64,000 nt of DNA, from the NCBI GenBank assembly GCA_977017645.1, contig OZ360222.1, positions 181,164,001 to 181,228,000 of the forward strand, written 5' to 3'. Shown one piece after another: positions 45,501 to 58,330 of this stretch. The notes under the pieces are model-generated. The model had not been told where the DNA came from. It made no database searches and saw only the letters and a list, made by a program, of their open reading frames with translations. Made by a program: the position numbers and the translations under genes. Numbering within the stretch: position 1 is the first letter of the stretch; every line of letters starts with the position of its first letter. The DNA comes from Torpedo marmorata. Taxonomy: Eukaryota.

Positions 45501-46739
45501 GATACCCCTTGTTCCTTGCCATACTGAACTGCAATATCAGAGAATCCACAGACACTCCAGTTTTGATCTATTCTTTGGACATCTTCCCTCTCAATACCGA
45601 TAAGCCTCAATTCCCACAATTTCCAAGAATATATCTGGGATAGTAGCAGACAGGGGTCAGAAGGCTGAGATTAGAAAGGTGGCACGGCTTGCGAAGATAG
45701 AAGCACAACTAATTAATAAGACCAGCTAATTCTTACATTATTATCTACATTGGTAACACTTCGTTGGTATTGTAAATTGTGTGCAGTCCTATTTTCGATT
45801 AGAATGGACAAGTAATAGACACTATGGTGAAATAATCGTTCTGGGATCACACTGGATTGGAATGAATCTACTGGTTGAATGAAAATCCTCAGGCCTCTGG
45901 TTGGAGAATTGCAAGTGGCCATCCCCCTTTTCCAAGAGTTTGTGAACCCCTTGTTCCTGTTATTTTTTAATGAAGAATATGAAATTGTCATTTAAATCTA
46001 ATAACTCACAACATATAACTATCTAGGTTTATGATAAAATTGGTGGCTAGGTTTATACTTGACTAGTGAAAATGATTTGGAATTATTTGGATCATTTGAC
46101 TGATTGTTTTAAATGAAACTTACTGAGCCAACAATTTGGCTTTAACAAGTACTTTTGGGGATGTCAATGAGCTGTTGCCAGTAGGTTACTAACAATGCAA
46201 TAATTGGCTAGTTTTATTAATTAGCTGTGTTTCTATTGTTCCATGCTTTGCCACTCCTTAATTCTCACCCTTCTGATCCCCATCTGCTGCGGTTCTGGAT
46301 TAATTACTGCTGGTCTCTGTGCCGCAGACTGCATGCCTCCTGATCTACTTTCTGCAGCTTTTCATCTGCTGGTTCCCCTCCCTAAATCCTTCGCCTTACT
46401 CAGAAGTCATTCTCAAAGTGTTGCCTGAACTCTTTGGCCAATCTCCCATGGGCTTCATGGGCAGTAAGAAACTTGTCCAGTGGTCACCTCTATCCAGTGC
46501 AATCCTGGAAAGCCTACTCTGTCACACTATCTATTATTTTTTGTCCATTCTGAGGGTAAATCAGACGGCTCATAACTTACAGTCCAGAAACACCTTTTGG
46601 TCATGTGATCCAAGCAGATGTTTTTGTTCTACAAGAATTTTTTTCCATGTCTGGTTCATCCTTCACGTCTACCTTCAACAATTCAACCATGATATCTCAC
46701 TGAGGCAGAAACTTTGCAAAGTTTTGTGACCTTTTGAAT

Positions 46740-47962
46740 AAGGGAATGTGACCTATGGGGAGAGATTGAGTAGTCTGGAACTGTACTCGCTGGAATTTAA
46801 AATTCAAGATTCAATTTATTGTCGTTGTAATAAAACAGTGTCATATTACATGAAATTGCTTTTGCCTGCTGAAAGGCAGACAGATTCGCCATCGGCAGAA
46901 ATTGCCTGAACCGCCTCTTACAATCAGAGAAAGAGAAGCAAAAGAGAGTTCCCCCAGAGTCACCAAGTGTCCGTAGATTCGCTTCCAGCACTTCCGCAGC
47001 CTCCACAGCCACACAGAGTCCAGTCCAATCCATTGGCAACCCAAGCTCCAGATCCGAACCTCCGACACGGTCAGGAACCCTCCAGTGCCCGGGGCTCCCC
47101 CTCGCATCCCGGTTCCGATACCTGGTACCCCTCCAGCCAGTTTCGAGCCAGTCTCCAGCAGCCCACAGCCTCCGTGGGTTCCTCGCCTCGAGTCGCCAGC
47201 AGCCCGCCGCATGCACTGGTCCTTCAGCCGCAGAGCCCCCTCACTGCTCCGCCGCCGTGGTCACCGTCCTGTGGGTCGTCTCTTCCGCTTCTCCTTCTCA
47301 GACAGGGGGGTGATCTTCCCGTCCTCTGGTGCCCTGCTCCAGTCCTCCGCTTCCCCGGAGTCTGCAACCCCTCGTGGCTGCTGCCGATAATAGGCGCCGT
47401 CATCTTGGACGCAGACCCCGGGTCGCGGGATCTCAAATAAAACCACCGTCGGCTCCCACAACGGGCCGTTCAGAGCCTGTGCTGAGCTGATGGCAGTCGA
47501 CTGGGCGGCTGGACCCCGCGGGAGTGCTGCATCTCTGTTCCTCGCTCCCCGCGGGTCCGCACCAGCGGCAGCTTATAGAAATCTTATAGAAATGTATAAA
47601 ATTATGAAAGGCATAGATAAGATAGAGGTAGGTAAGTTGTTTCTATTGTGGAGGAGACTAGAACTAAGGGACATAGCCTTAAGATTCAGGGTAGTAGATG
47701 TAGGATGGAGATGAGAAGGAACGGCTTTTCTCAGGGTGGTGAATCTGTGGAATTCGCTGCCCATTGAAGCAGTGGAGGCTACCTCAGTAAATCTATTTAA
47801 GACAAGGTTGGATAGATTTTTACATAGTAAGGGATATGGGGAAAAGGCAGGTTGGTGGAGATGAGCCTATCATCAGATCAGCCACGATCTCATTGAATGG
47901 TGGAGCAGGCTTGACGGGCCGGATGGCCTACTCCTGCTCCTATTTCTTATGTTCTTATGTTC
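46740..47962 (+). mobile_element. CR1 3' fragment interrupted at 46800-47572 by a GC-rich retroposon
   Basis: TYGERLSSLELYSLEF ... LIEMYKIMKGIDKIEVGKLF ... VVNLWNSLP, with a TTCTTATG tail. Confidence 0.8.
46800..47575 (-). mobile_element. GC-rich non-autonomous retroposon with Rex1-like tail
   Basis: CpG-rich body and, on the - strand, a 3' end ACAATAAATTGAATCTTGAATT. Confidence 0.65.
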
Positions 47963-49974
47963 TTGTGTGTCCCCATCTCCGTCTTAAACTAATAACCCTT
48001 ATGAAAGCTGAGTGCAGAAATCCAGGCGGGTTGACCATCTGGAAGAGCTCATGGCCCATGGAGAGAGTTTTGAAAACTCATCTTTCAGATTTCAGATTTC
48101 AGATTTATTGTCAGAGTACATACATGACGTCACATACAACCTTGAGATTATTTTTCCTGCGGGCGCGGCAGAATTCATTTATTAAATGTGTTTATTTCCA
48201 GAAATAAATTCACATTTTCAAATGGGCTTGGTAGGGTTTGAAGCACTGGAGGCTTTTGGACACCTTGTCATGCATCCACCACACAACCACATTGTGTTCG
48301 ATTGAATAAACATTGTCGTAGCTCCCTGTTGGCTGTTCCATAGAACCAGCACAAACAGTGTAGAGATAAACAGTGTTGCAGAATGCCTGCCATTGTATCC
48401 TCCTTGGTCTCGCAGTTTTATGACTGATTCAGTTAGTTTGCATTTATGGTGTTTTTAAATGAATTTTGAGATCACCTGCCAGGCTCAAAATTAAACCTTA
48501 CACAGGGCTTTGGAAGGATTTTTAATGCATGTGAGTGACCAGAACCTGCACCTTAATTTACTTGATTTTGGAAGGTGGGTTTGTGTGATTATTTCTTGCA
48601 CATTGTCAATGGGCTTGATCTCAAGTACATCCATGGGGCACCTTATTTGACTCCAATTCACGCTTCTGCAATTGTGTGAACTGCTAGCAACATAGCATGG
48701 CTATTGTGTTTAAGTTCCGAGGTGGCTGAGGAAGTCAACGTGGAAGCCACAGACTCTCCCTTGGATGGGACAGGTGGTGGCTGAAAGGGGGGAGGTGGTT
48801 TGTGAAGTGAACATTTAAAAAAAAACGCACAGATGCTGGAAATCTAAACTAAAACAAAAACCCTAACATGCTGGAAACACTCAGCATGTCAGGCAGCATC
48901 TGAAGAAAGTGAAACAAAGCAACTGTTTCAGGTTAAAGCTCCTTCATCATCAAGAGGGTTTGTAAAATGGTCTATCTTTCAGCAGCATTTAGATGGCCTC
49001 TGTCTGCAGGTTGAGTTGGTGAAACACCAGAATAGCTTTATCTAACTTAATGTGTACTGTTGTAGTTTTGTTTTTCACGATGTACCTGCTTGGCTGCAGA
49101 AAGGAAGAATTATGGTGCATGTATACATTGTACAATGTATATGACAACAAACTCATTGTCATTTCATTGATTGCACAGCTCACTCCAGAAGACAGCATTC
49201 CTCTTCCACTTTCTCCCTCCAGAAGGTGTACCCGCTGCTCCGTTCATTAAATTCCCATCTCTGCCCTGTCATACTTCATCCAGTGCAGTGATGTTGATGT
49301 CAGAGCATCAGATCGCGTGGGTTTCCTCCGGGTGCTCCAGTTTCTTCCTACCCTCCAAAAACGTACTGAGTTTGCAGATTAATTGGTGTAACTGGGCGGC
49401 ACAGGCTTGTGGGTCAGAAGGTCCTTTTACTGTACTGTATCTCTAAAATTAAAAAATAAAGTTAAAAATTAAAACATTTAAAAAATCTGAGTTCCTGAGC
49501 CATGATGGTGGACAATTCACAAGGTGCACATTGAGTTGTTGTCAAGAGAGATTGAACTCCTAAATCTAAGGAGGTGAGGGAAGGGAGGGGCTTATTATAC
49601 CATCTGTTACAGAAGGGTTAAAACTGTCAGGGCGAGAAAGTAGCTGATGTCCCCTTCACCGTAACCTGGGCCGAGAGCATTGGATTCCACTGTAGTCAAT
49701 TGCATGGAGGCAGGTGCAATTGATGGAAGGACCACGTAATGGTGCTGCTGGTCGAGCCACTGCCTCACAGCTCTGGAGACACGGGTTCAATCCTGACCAC
49801 TGGCTCTGTCCGCGTGGAGTTTGCATATTCTCCCTGTGACCACGTGGGCTTCTACTACATTCTTTAGTTTCCCTCTCCACCATTCTAGATATGTCCTGAT
49901 GCGAGGACATTTTCTTTGACCAATAATGGGTGAATGATAGAATCTCAGGGAGAATTAGTCATAGCGAGATACTG

Positions 49975-50119
49975 AGTGAAACACAAAAGTCTGCAGACGC
50001 TGTGATTGTAGTAAAAACACACCGAAATGCTGGAGGAACTCAGCCTGTCTTTTCAGCATCTATAGGAGACAAAGATATGTTGCTGACGTTTTGGGCCTGA
50101 GTCCTTCTTCAAGGAATAA
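49975..50119 (-). mobile_element. Penelope 3' tail
   Basis: Same tail as at 31001-31110 and 6790-6910. Confidence 0.75.
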
Positions 50120-51815
50120 GAAACAGCCTACAAAGCGAGGGCGAACACTATAGACGGCTGTGATGCTTCACTACCCGATGAGCTGAACACCTTCTATGCC
50201 CGCTTTGAGAAGAGGAACCAAACAGTGCCTACTAGAATCCCTGAAAAGGCTGAGGACCCTGTGATATCTGTCTCTGAGGGCGACGTCAGAACATCATTCA
50301 AGAGGGTGAACCCTCGCAAGGCGTCAGGCCCTGACGGCGTACCTGGCAGGGTATTGAAAATCTGCGCCAACCAACTAGCCGGAGTGTTCACGGACATTTT
50401 CAACCTCTCATTGCGGCAGTCAGAGGTTCCTACCTGCTTCAAAAGGGCATCAATCATCCCGGTACCCAAGAAGAGTAGTGTGAGCTGCCTCAACGACTAC
50501 CGCCCGGTAGCACTAACTTCTACTGTGATGAAATGCTTTGAGAGGCTGGTCATGGCCAGAATTAACACATACCTAAGCAGAGATCTGGACCCACTGCAAT
50601 TCGCCTATCGCCACAATTGCTCCACAGCAGATGCAATATCGCTGGCTCTCCACTCAGGTCTGGATCACCTTGAAAACAGCAATTCATACATACGGTTGCT
50701 CTTCATCGACTACAGCTCGGCCTTCAATACCATTATTCCCTCAGTGCTGGTCGAGAAGCTACAAACTCTAGGCCTCTGTACCCCCCTCTGCAACTGGATC
50801 CTTGACTTTCTCATCGGAAGACCACAGTCAGTACGAATTGGAAACAATGTCTCCTCCTCACTGATTATCAACACAGGCGCACCCCAAGGATGCGTGCTTA
50901 GTCCACTGCTCTACTCGTTATACACTCATGACTGTGTGGCCAGGCACAATTCCAATGCCATATACAAGTTTGCCGATGACACCACAGTTGTCGGCAGAAT
51001 CACAAACGGCAATGAGGAAGCGTACAGGAGGGAGATAGATCAGCTCGTTGAATGGTGTAATGACAACAACCTTGAGCTCAATGTCAGCAAAACCAAGGAG
51101 ATGATTGTGGACTTCCGGAGGAAGTCAGGGGAACACGACCCAGTCCTCATCGATGTCTCAGTCGTGGAGAGGGTCAAGAACTTCAAATTCCTGGGTGTCA
51201 ACATCTCCGAGGATCTGTCCTGGAGCATCCACGTGGATGCAATCACAAAGAAGGCTCGTCAGCGGCTATACTTTGTGAGGTGTTTGCGGAGATTCGGTAT
51301 GTCAGCAAAGACTCTCGTAAACTTCTACAGGTGTACCGTGGAGAGCATTCTGGCTGGTTGCATCACTGCCTGGTATGGTGGCGCCAACTCCCAGGACAAG
51401 AGTAAACTCCAGAAGGTTGTTAACTCGGCCTGTGACATCACAGGCACCAAACTTCACTCCATCGAGGACATCTACATGAGGCGGTGTCTTAAAAAAGCAG
51501 CCGCTATCCTCAAGGATCCCCACCACCCAGGCCATGCCCTCTTCACTCTGCTTCCATCGGGGAAAAGGTACAGGAGCCTAAAGACGAGCACTCAACGGCA
51601 CAAGGACAGCTTCTTCCCCACTGCCATCAGATTCTTGAATAATCAATGAACCAAAGACACTACCTTACTTTTCGTGCACTATTGTTTATAATTTTTTATA
51701 GTAATGTCGTTAGAATGGTTAATATGAATGTTAAATGCACTATGATGCTGCCGCAAAACACCGAATTTCATGACTTGTTCATGACAATAAATTCTGATTC
51801 TGTTTCTGATTCTGA
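50120..51815 (+). mobile_element. 5'-truncated Rex1/Babar-type LINE with an uninterrupted RT frame (open 50120-51649)
   Basis: [50 protein letters not shown] and a DUF1891 C-terminus; tail AATAAATTCTGATTCTG; the endonuclease is absent. Confidence 0.93.
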
Positions 51816-52056
51816 ATGGAGATACTGCATGGAAATGGCTCCCTGCCCCATCGGATCTGTGTTGACCATCAAGAACTCATTTACACTCATCCTACATTCA
51901 TCTCTTTTTTATAATCTCCCCATATTCTCATGAACTCCTCCCCTCCCCTCCCCTGCAGATTCTATCACTGATCTACACACTAGGGACACGTCTTCGGCAT
52001 GAGCGAGGAAACCGGAGCACTTGGAATAAACACTACTGCTCATAGGGGAGAAGATT

Positions 52057-52830
52057 CTAAATTCAGGATTCGAGATTCTTTTATTGTCATGTAATAAAAC
52101 AGATGTAATATTACACGAAAATGCATTTAGTCTGCCATAAGGTAGACTTCAGTCCAAACCATCGGCAACCTAAGCTCCAGATCCAAACCTCCAACACGAT
52201 CAGGAAGCCTTCAACACCCTTGGCACCCTCTCACATCCCTGTTTCCATACCTGGTACCCCTTCAGCTAGTCTCGAGCCGTCTCCAGCAGTCCGTAGCCTG
52301 GTGAGAGACCTTTGACCGTAAACACCAGCAGCCTGCAGCCTGGTGAGAGACCTTTGACCGCAAACACCAGCAGCCCGCAGCCTGGTGAGAGACCTTTGAC
52401 CGCAGACACCAGCAGCCTGCAGTCTGGTGAGAGACCTTTGACCGCAAACACCAGCAGCCTGCAGCCTGCGTGGGTTCCTCGCCTCGAGTCATCAACAGCC
52501 TGCCCCCTTTGGGTCCTTCAGCCACTGAGCCCCTTGCTGGTCCTCCGCCATGGTCACCGTCCCATAGTGTCGTCCCCTCTGCTTCTCCTTCTCATATTGG
52601 GGGGGGGTGGTCTCCCCATTTCCTGATGCCCTGTGCCAGTCGTCTGCTTCTCCGGAGTCTGTAACCCCTCGAGGCTGCTGCTGAACACAGGCACTGCCAT
52701 CTTGGGCCCAGACCCCGCAGTTGCAGTATTTTAAAATAAACCACTCTTGGCTCCTTTAACAAGCTGTTTAAAGTCTGTATGGAGCTATCTGTAGTTGGAC
52801 AGGGTGGTAGAACCCTGTAGAGGAACGCTG
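52057..52830 (-). mobile_element. GC-rich non-autonomous retroposon inserted in a V-SINE
   Basis: Same family as 46800-47575; the host SINE resumes at about 52835. Confidence 0.65.
52284..52467. repeat. Tandem repeat, about 4.4 x 42 bp (CAGCAGCCTGCAGCCTGGTGAGAGACCTTTGACCGCAAACAC)
   Basis: Visible units, and a 14-aa periodicity in the ORF track. Confidence 0.9.
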
Positions 52831-55729
52831 AAGAGCGGAGAATGTGCAAATTCCACACGGACACCTCATGAGGTCAGGATTGAACCCGGATCTCTGGTGT
52901 CATGAGGCAGTGGCTCTACTTGCTGTGTCACTGAATCAAGTTGATCAAATGTGGGTGGGTGGGTGGGGGGAGAGAGAATAGGTTACAGTGAAAAATTAAT
53001 GGGGAAGTAAGATGGCTCTGTGAGCCAGCACAGACAATGGGCCAAACAGATACCTTCTATGTCATAATGTAAGATAGAGAGATGGAAGTAACCTTGAACC
53101 AGTTTAACACCAGTGGTCAATGGTTAACCTCTTCCATGGTTGTGTTCTCTCCTGAATTCCACAGATAGAGGGCCTCATCCTTGTTTGTAACACATAGTGC
53201 AAGGCCACCACAAAAAGGAAGGGCTGGCCTTTGTTCTGTGGTATCTCAGTTAAGAGGTGGGCATTGTCTGTGGCAGGAAACAATATTAATGAAGAGTTGC
53301 CCTTCATTTGATCCATACTTGCATGACAGGTTCCAAATTTGTGAAATACCAGTCATATTTTAATATTGTGCCAAAGATTTTGAGCTTCTTCCGGTCTCTA
53401 TAATTTAACAGGATGAACCTTTATGTCCTTTACAGAAGGCAGATCTTGTAATTAAACATTGGCCTTTGGCAGCAGCCTTTAATGTAAAGAGACAGTAGTT
53501 GATGTCTCAGTACGTGCAAATTGAAAGAGATGGGATTAGCTCTGCACGATTCCACTCCTGTTACAATGTTACAAAAATTCAGTCCTGTGAATTGCCTTTA
53601 GATTGTTTGTGGGATGGCACTGGTCTGATTATATTTTCACTTAAGCTGAAAGATATTGCAAGACTTTGAGCTTCAGGAAGCCTTGAGCTTCTGCTGGGTA
53701 AGAAATGTAGCATTGGTGAGGATGACAATCAACGTTGGCCTTTATTCATTTAGATCTTTATTCTTTTGGAATGCTCCTGTTCCAATGAAGGGAACATTTT
53801 ATTTTCAGACCTGCTTCAGGGTTGGAATGCCTACCGTTAGCAAACACGGTCCCAAGCACTAAATCATTGGGCTGAATATCAATACCATGATTACTCATTG
53901 ATTGCTGGCACTATGGCAGGGCAGAATTTTAATCTGAAGCTAAATAGGTCCAAGCACAGTTGGACCATTAATGGCAAAATTTATTGGTGGGGTGGGATAA
54001 GGGTTTGAGAAGTGTAAGGAATTGTTAAGAGGCATCCTGGTAACAAATGCCCGAGGATTGGGTCGGTCGCTGGAGGTTTGGTTTTGGTCAGTTTGTGAGC
54101 TGAATTCAGCTGATTCTTTACTCTGAGACTCAGGCTCATCACACTGTTCGATCACCTTTAGAATCAGAAAGGTCAATGTGGTCTGCTGGTTAAATTCGAC
54201 TCCTGCATGCCAAACCTAAGTCAGCAAGTTGGGACCATGAAATTAAGTTAATTGATAGAAGGACTAAAGGTTATTGAGAAAAAAAAATAAATTTACTCAA
54301 TGAGTGATAGGGGTGTAGACCTTGCCATTTCAAACATTGGTGGATCCTCTTTCCCTCCCAAGGACCCCCTTCCCTATTCTTGCCACCTTCCACTTCCCGC
54401 ATCGACTATACACTGCCCCTGGAATTTCTCTCTGACGTCCTTCTGCTTGGCAATGCTTCATTGTACAATGTCTCTTTCAAAAGCTCTTCCACTTCATCTC
54501 ACCCCATTTCACTCTCCGTTAAAGCCACAGTATGCCAGTGTTGTTGCTGTGTATATTGATTTGGTCTTTAAGTGTTAATCCGGTTGTGGTTATTGTGGGG
54601 GTTTCCGGCATCAAACGTGAGTAACACACACGTAGAGCCAAGGCCCAAAGAAACAGGAGGGAACGCAAACCAAGATGGTGATGGTGAGTTTGGGATTTCA
54701 AAGGATGTGGATGGCACCAACTAAACTGAAGGAGCTTCTAATTCTAGTCGAGAAGCTATTGATTGGTGCAGGGCTGTGGGTGAAATAGGACAGTAAGATT
54801 TAAGGTGAGAGAGGAAGGCGGTGGCTTGAGGGGCTGAGAGAATGGTCAACAGGGGCTCAGGGTGTGACAGAGTGGTGGGGAGGTGGAGAGAATGGTGGGG
54901 TGGTGGTGCAGGGCTGGAGTTATGAGATGACGGGTTTGGGATGAAGAGAAAGGTGGGGTTTGAGGGGGGTGATGGATGGTGGTAGGGGTCAGGATGGAGA
55001 GAATGGTGAGGGTGTGATGGAATGGTTGGAAGCTGGAGGGGGGTGAGAGAATAATGGGGGGCTGGAGAATAAGAGAATGGGAGACACAGGCGAAAGTGTA
55101 AGGTGATGTGTCTGACAGGGAGGAGAGCAAAATACATAAAATTAGGAGGGACCTAGACAAAGAAAGAACCTATTTCCCTGGCAGAGTGGTAATAATCAGA
55201 GAGGATCGAGTTATATTAATTAATGGAAGGGTTAGAGCTAGGAAGAAATAGTTTCATTCAATGAGAGTTGGGGTCTGGAACCCACCAATGGAAGAGCAGA
55301 TAAACAGTACACAGATGAGCACTTGAAGTGTCACCTGCGGGGATGCTGACCAGACTGGGAAGTGGAATGAATGTATGACCTAGTATAGAAAAAATGGGCC
55401 GAATGGCGTCCTCTTGTGCCATTCCATGCAATGATTCCTCCTCTGATTCTCCATGCGAAGGAGACATGAAGGAAAAAGTGAATAATTGTGACGCTGAGAG
55501 GAATTACAAGCTAGAAATGTGTAATTGTCTACAGGGTAACCTTGCTCTGCATTCTTCCTAAAGGGGAGGTGCGTTAAGTAATTCTAGCATGAATTGGCTA
55601 TTGCCACATGAAGTATCCCAAGTGGCCAGATAGTGCAACGGTTCCATAATGACTGAAGCCATTATTTCCATGATAGACTGAAATAAAGTAAAATACAAAA
55701 GGTGCAATATCATATTTTTGTATGTACGC

Positions 55730-55744
55730 ATGTATATATATATA

Positions 55745-55780
<36 letters not shown>
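55730..55780. repeat. (TA)n microsatellite
   Basis: Seen directly. Confidence 0.9.
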
Positions 55781-57899
55781 GCAAACATTCCAGGGTAAAA
55801 AAAAATCCAGTGTGCTGTGTCTCACTCTCAGCTCAATTGAATTGGAATGACACTTGGACTTTCAACTCATCATCAGTGATAAATGAGTTTAGTTAATGCT
55901 GAAAGTCAGTAAAATGTAGAGCTGCAAACTGTCTTCATCTCATCTCATCCAATCGATGTTTTCAAGAGAGGGAATGGCATTGTTTTATGTATGGCATTTT
56001 TCCTATGTGCATTCATGGTCTAATCGTTGTTTCCTCACTGCCCTTTCTCTCTTCCCTCTCACTGCTTTTATGTCTGTGGGAAAATTCTGTATCATCTCTT
56101 CACCCGCCATTAGCTTGATGTCTCCATACTCTTCAAGTCATCTAAACACGGAGTCCGATCCTGTGACGCACCTCGATTAGAGAAGGATGGCTGTGTCAGC
56201 ACGCCTAGCATTATGGGAAGAAAAGGAAAGTTACCCTTCCTGTGTCACAGGTTTACTTACTGCATGTGCCAGAGAGGATGAATTGTATTGGCTTTTAGAG
56301 GTGTGCAAAAGCTTCTCCGAACGTGTCACCTGATGCTCCTACAGAATGGTTTGGGTTAGACACCCAGGTTTCAGAAATTCAGGCACTTTCAGTAATATCC
56401 CTCTTTCTATCAATACTGGGAATTCTATCAAAATCTCAAAGCCCTTGAATCTGTGATAACAATTGTGATCTCACTCAGGGAAGTTGGAAAACTGTCACTT
56501 AAAGTGAAATTGGGATCAAACATAAAAGGTTCCAGCAGCATTACAAAACAGTTTGGCTTGGTAGCTGGTTTTGAAAGTATCTTTTGTTTGTAACATCACA
56601 CATCTTTAATATTCAGTCATCAGTTTATTCTCTCTGTATTGAGTTGTGTTCTGGAGATTATGAAGATGTTGCCCTCTCTCTTGCTCTCTCACTCTCTCCA
56701 TTGTTCTCTCTCTCTCTCTCTCTCTTTCACCCTGCCCCCACCCCCACAGTTCCCAACCCCTCTCAGCATATGTAGACGATTCCCTGCATGGCAACCACGA
56801 ATCAGTGAAGTTACCAGCATGCCATTAAGCTGCTTCCTTTCATCAAAGATTTTACATCTGGAAGAAGCTCCAGTCTCAGGAGATTCTCTTCCCCCCTTAG
56901 CTTAGCATTACCATCCCTGCCTCTTGGGTATTCTGTCCCTTTACCCAATCCAATCAATGTGTTGATCTGGTAGGTTGTCCAATCTCTCATTGATCTTCAC
57001 TTTGGCAAGTCCTGATGATTGGACTCCCTCTATTTGCCATGTTAACTCTTCCCATCTCTGTCCATTTCTTTACACTTGAATGTTCAACCTTACAGCCTTT
57101 CCAATACTTGACAACCATTAGTAGAGAGCAGGACAATTAGTTTTCCACACATGGTGACATGCCACTTGGCTGACCCACAGTAACTTAATGTACCCAAGTG
57201 AGGAGGCAGTTCAATCAACAATGACCCTATGGGAGAAATATTAATCGCACCGTTAGATACTGTTGTTATTCTTCAGCAGGTCTGATTGGATACAGTGAAT
57301 AGATTTATATACACCAGATAGCATTCATGTACCAAGAAGTAATCCCTGATATTCATAAATAGTCATGATGATGCAAAGTAATACTTTGGCATTGTTACAA
57401 ACTTCTGGTGAATTCTAATTTTAATTTATTTGTTCTCTGAAGCTTGGGTCACCAATTCCAATTGTATGTCTTCATTCATTCATTAATTTACTTCCATCTT
57501 CCATATTGTGCCATCACACTCTTCCTATCCATTTCCCTGCCTTGACATTAGCTTTGCTTTCAGAAGAGTGAGTACCATTGCTCAGAGAGGCTTCAGCAGA
57601 GGAGATTTCAGAGACCAGCAGAGCAGCAGAGAATGGAAACCAACTGTTGTCTATTCCTACTCTGGGCAGGGTCAGACATTGGGGCTGAGAATGGTGGACT
57701 CTGCCCTCCTGACTCTGTGAAAGCCAAGACAATGGGAGAAAGTCCAGAATCAGAGTTGCGGCTCAGTCGGAGTCCGCTGAGCAACTGGAGTTTCCGAGAA
57801 GTTATCCCATCAGTTCCACTTTCCCACTCTCCTTCCCACTTGCCCTTCTGAAGAGCCTCTCCAAGCCCACACTGAAAATCTTGAATCATCACCCCTTCA

Positions 57900-58330
57900 C
57901 ACACTAAAATCCAGATCCTAACTACTTTCTGCGAATAAAGCCCCTCAAATTCTCCATGTTTATTTGCCCATCACTTTGAATCCATGCCCTCTCAGTCTTT
58001 GAATCAACTGCTCATGAATGGAGCTTCTTTCAATTTGCCTGACCTAAGCCCATTACAATCTTTCCTGCCTCTAAGATGTTTTCCCTCAGATCTTGCTTTG
58101 AGGAGAACCACTCCAACTTCTCCAATCTCTTGTCCCTGTAAACCTCTTCTGCACCCTGTCGAGGACCTCCATATCCTTCCTGCCGTGCTGGAAGCATTGC
58201 TGCTGGTGTGGTCTAGCCATTGTTTCACCATAACCTTCCTGACAGCAAAGTACTCCCTTTGGATGTACTTGGATCAGTTGCTTTTCCTGCCAAACATTAG
58301 GACACAGCATACTATTGCAAAACCAGCGTG
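57900..58330 (-). mobile_element. CR1 ORF2 fragment
   Basis: GRKDMEVLDRVQKRFT motif on the - strand. Confidence 0.65.

Noticed and set aside
46797-47461. Overlapping 100-157 aa ORFs on both strands
   Set aside because: Expected in GC-rich repeat DNA, and not conserved among the three family copies.
57564-57851. Acceptor-preceded open frame with an internal hairpin
   Set aside because: No recognisable homology, donor site or partner exon.
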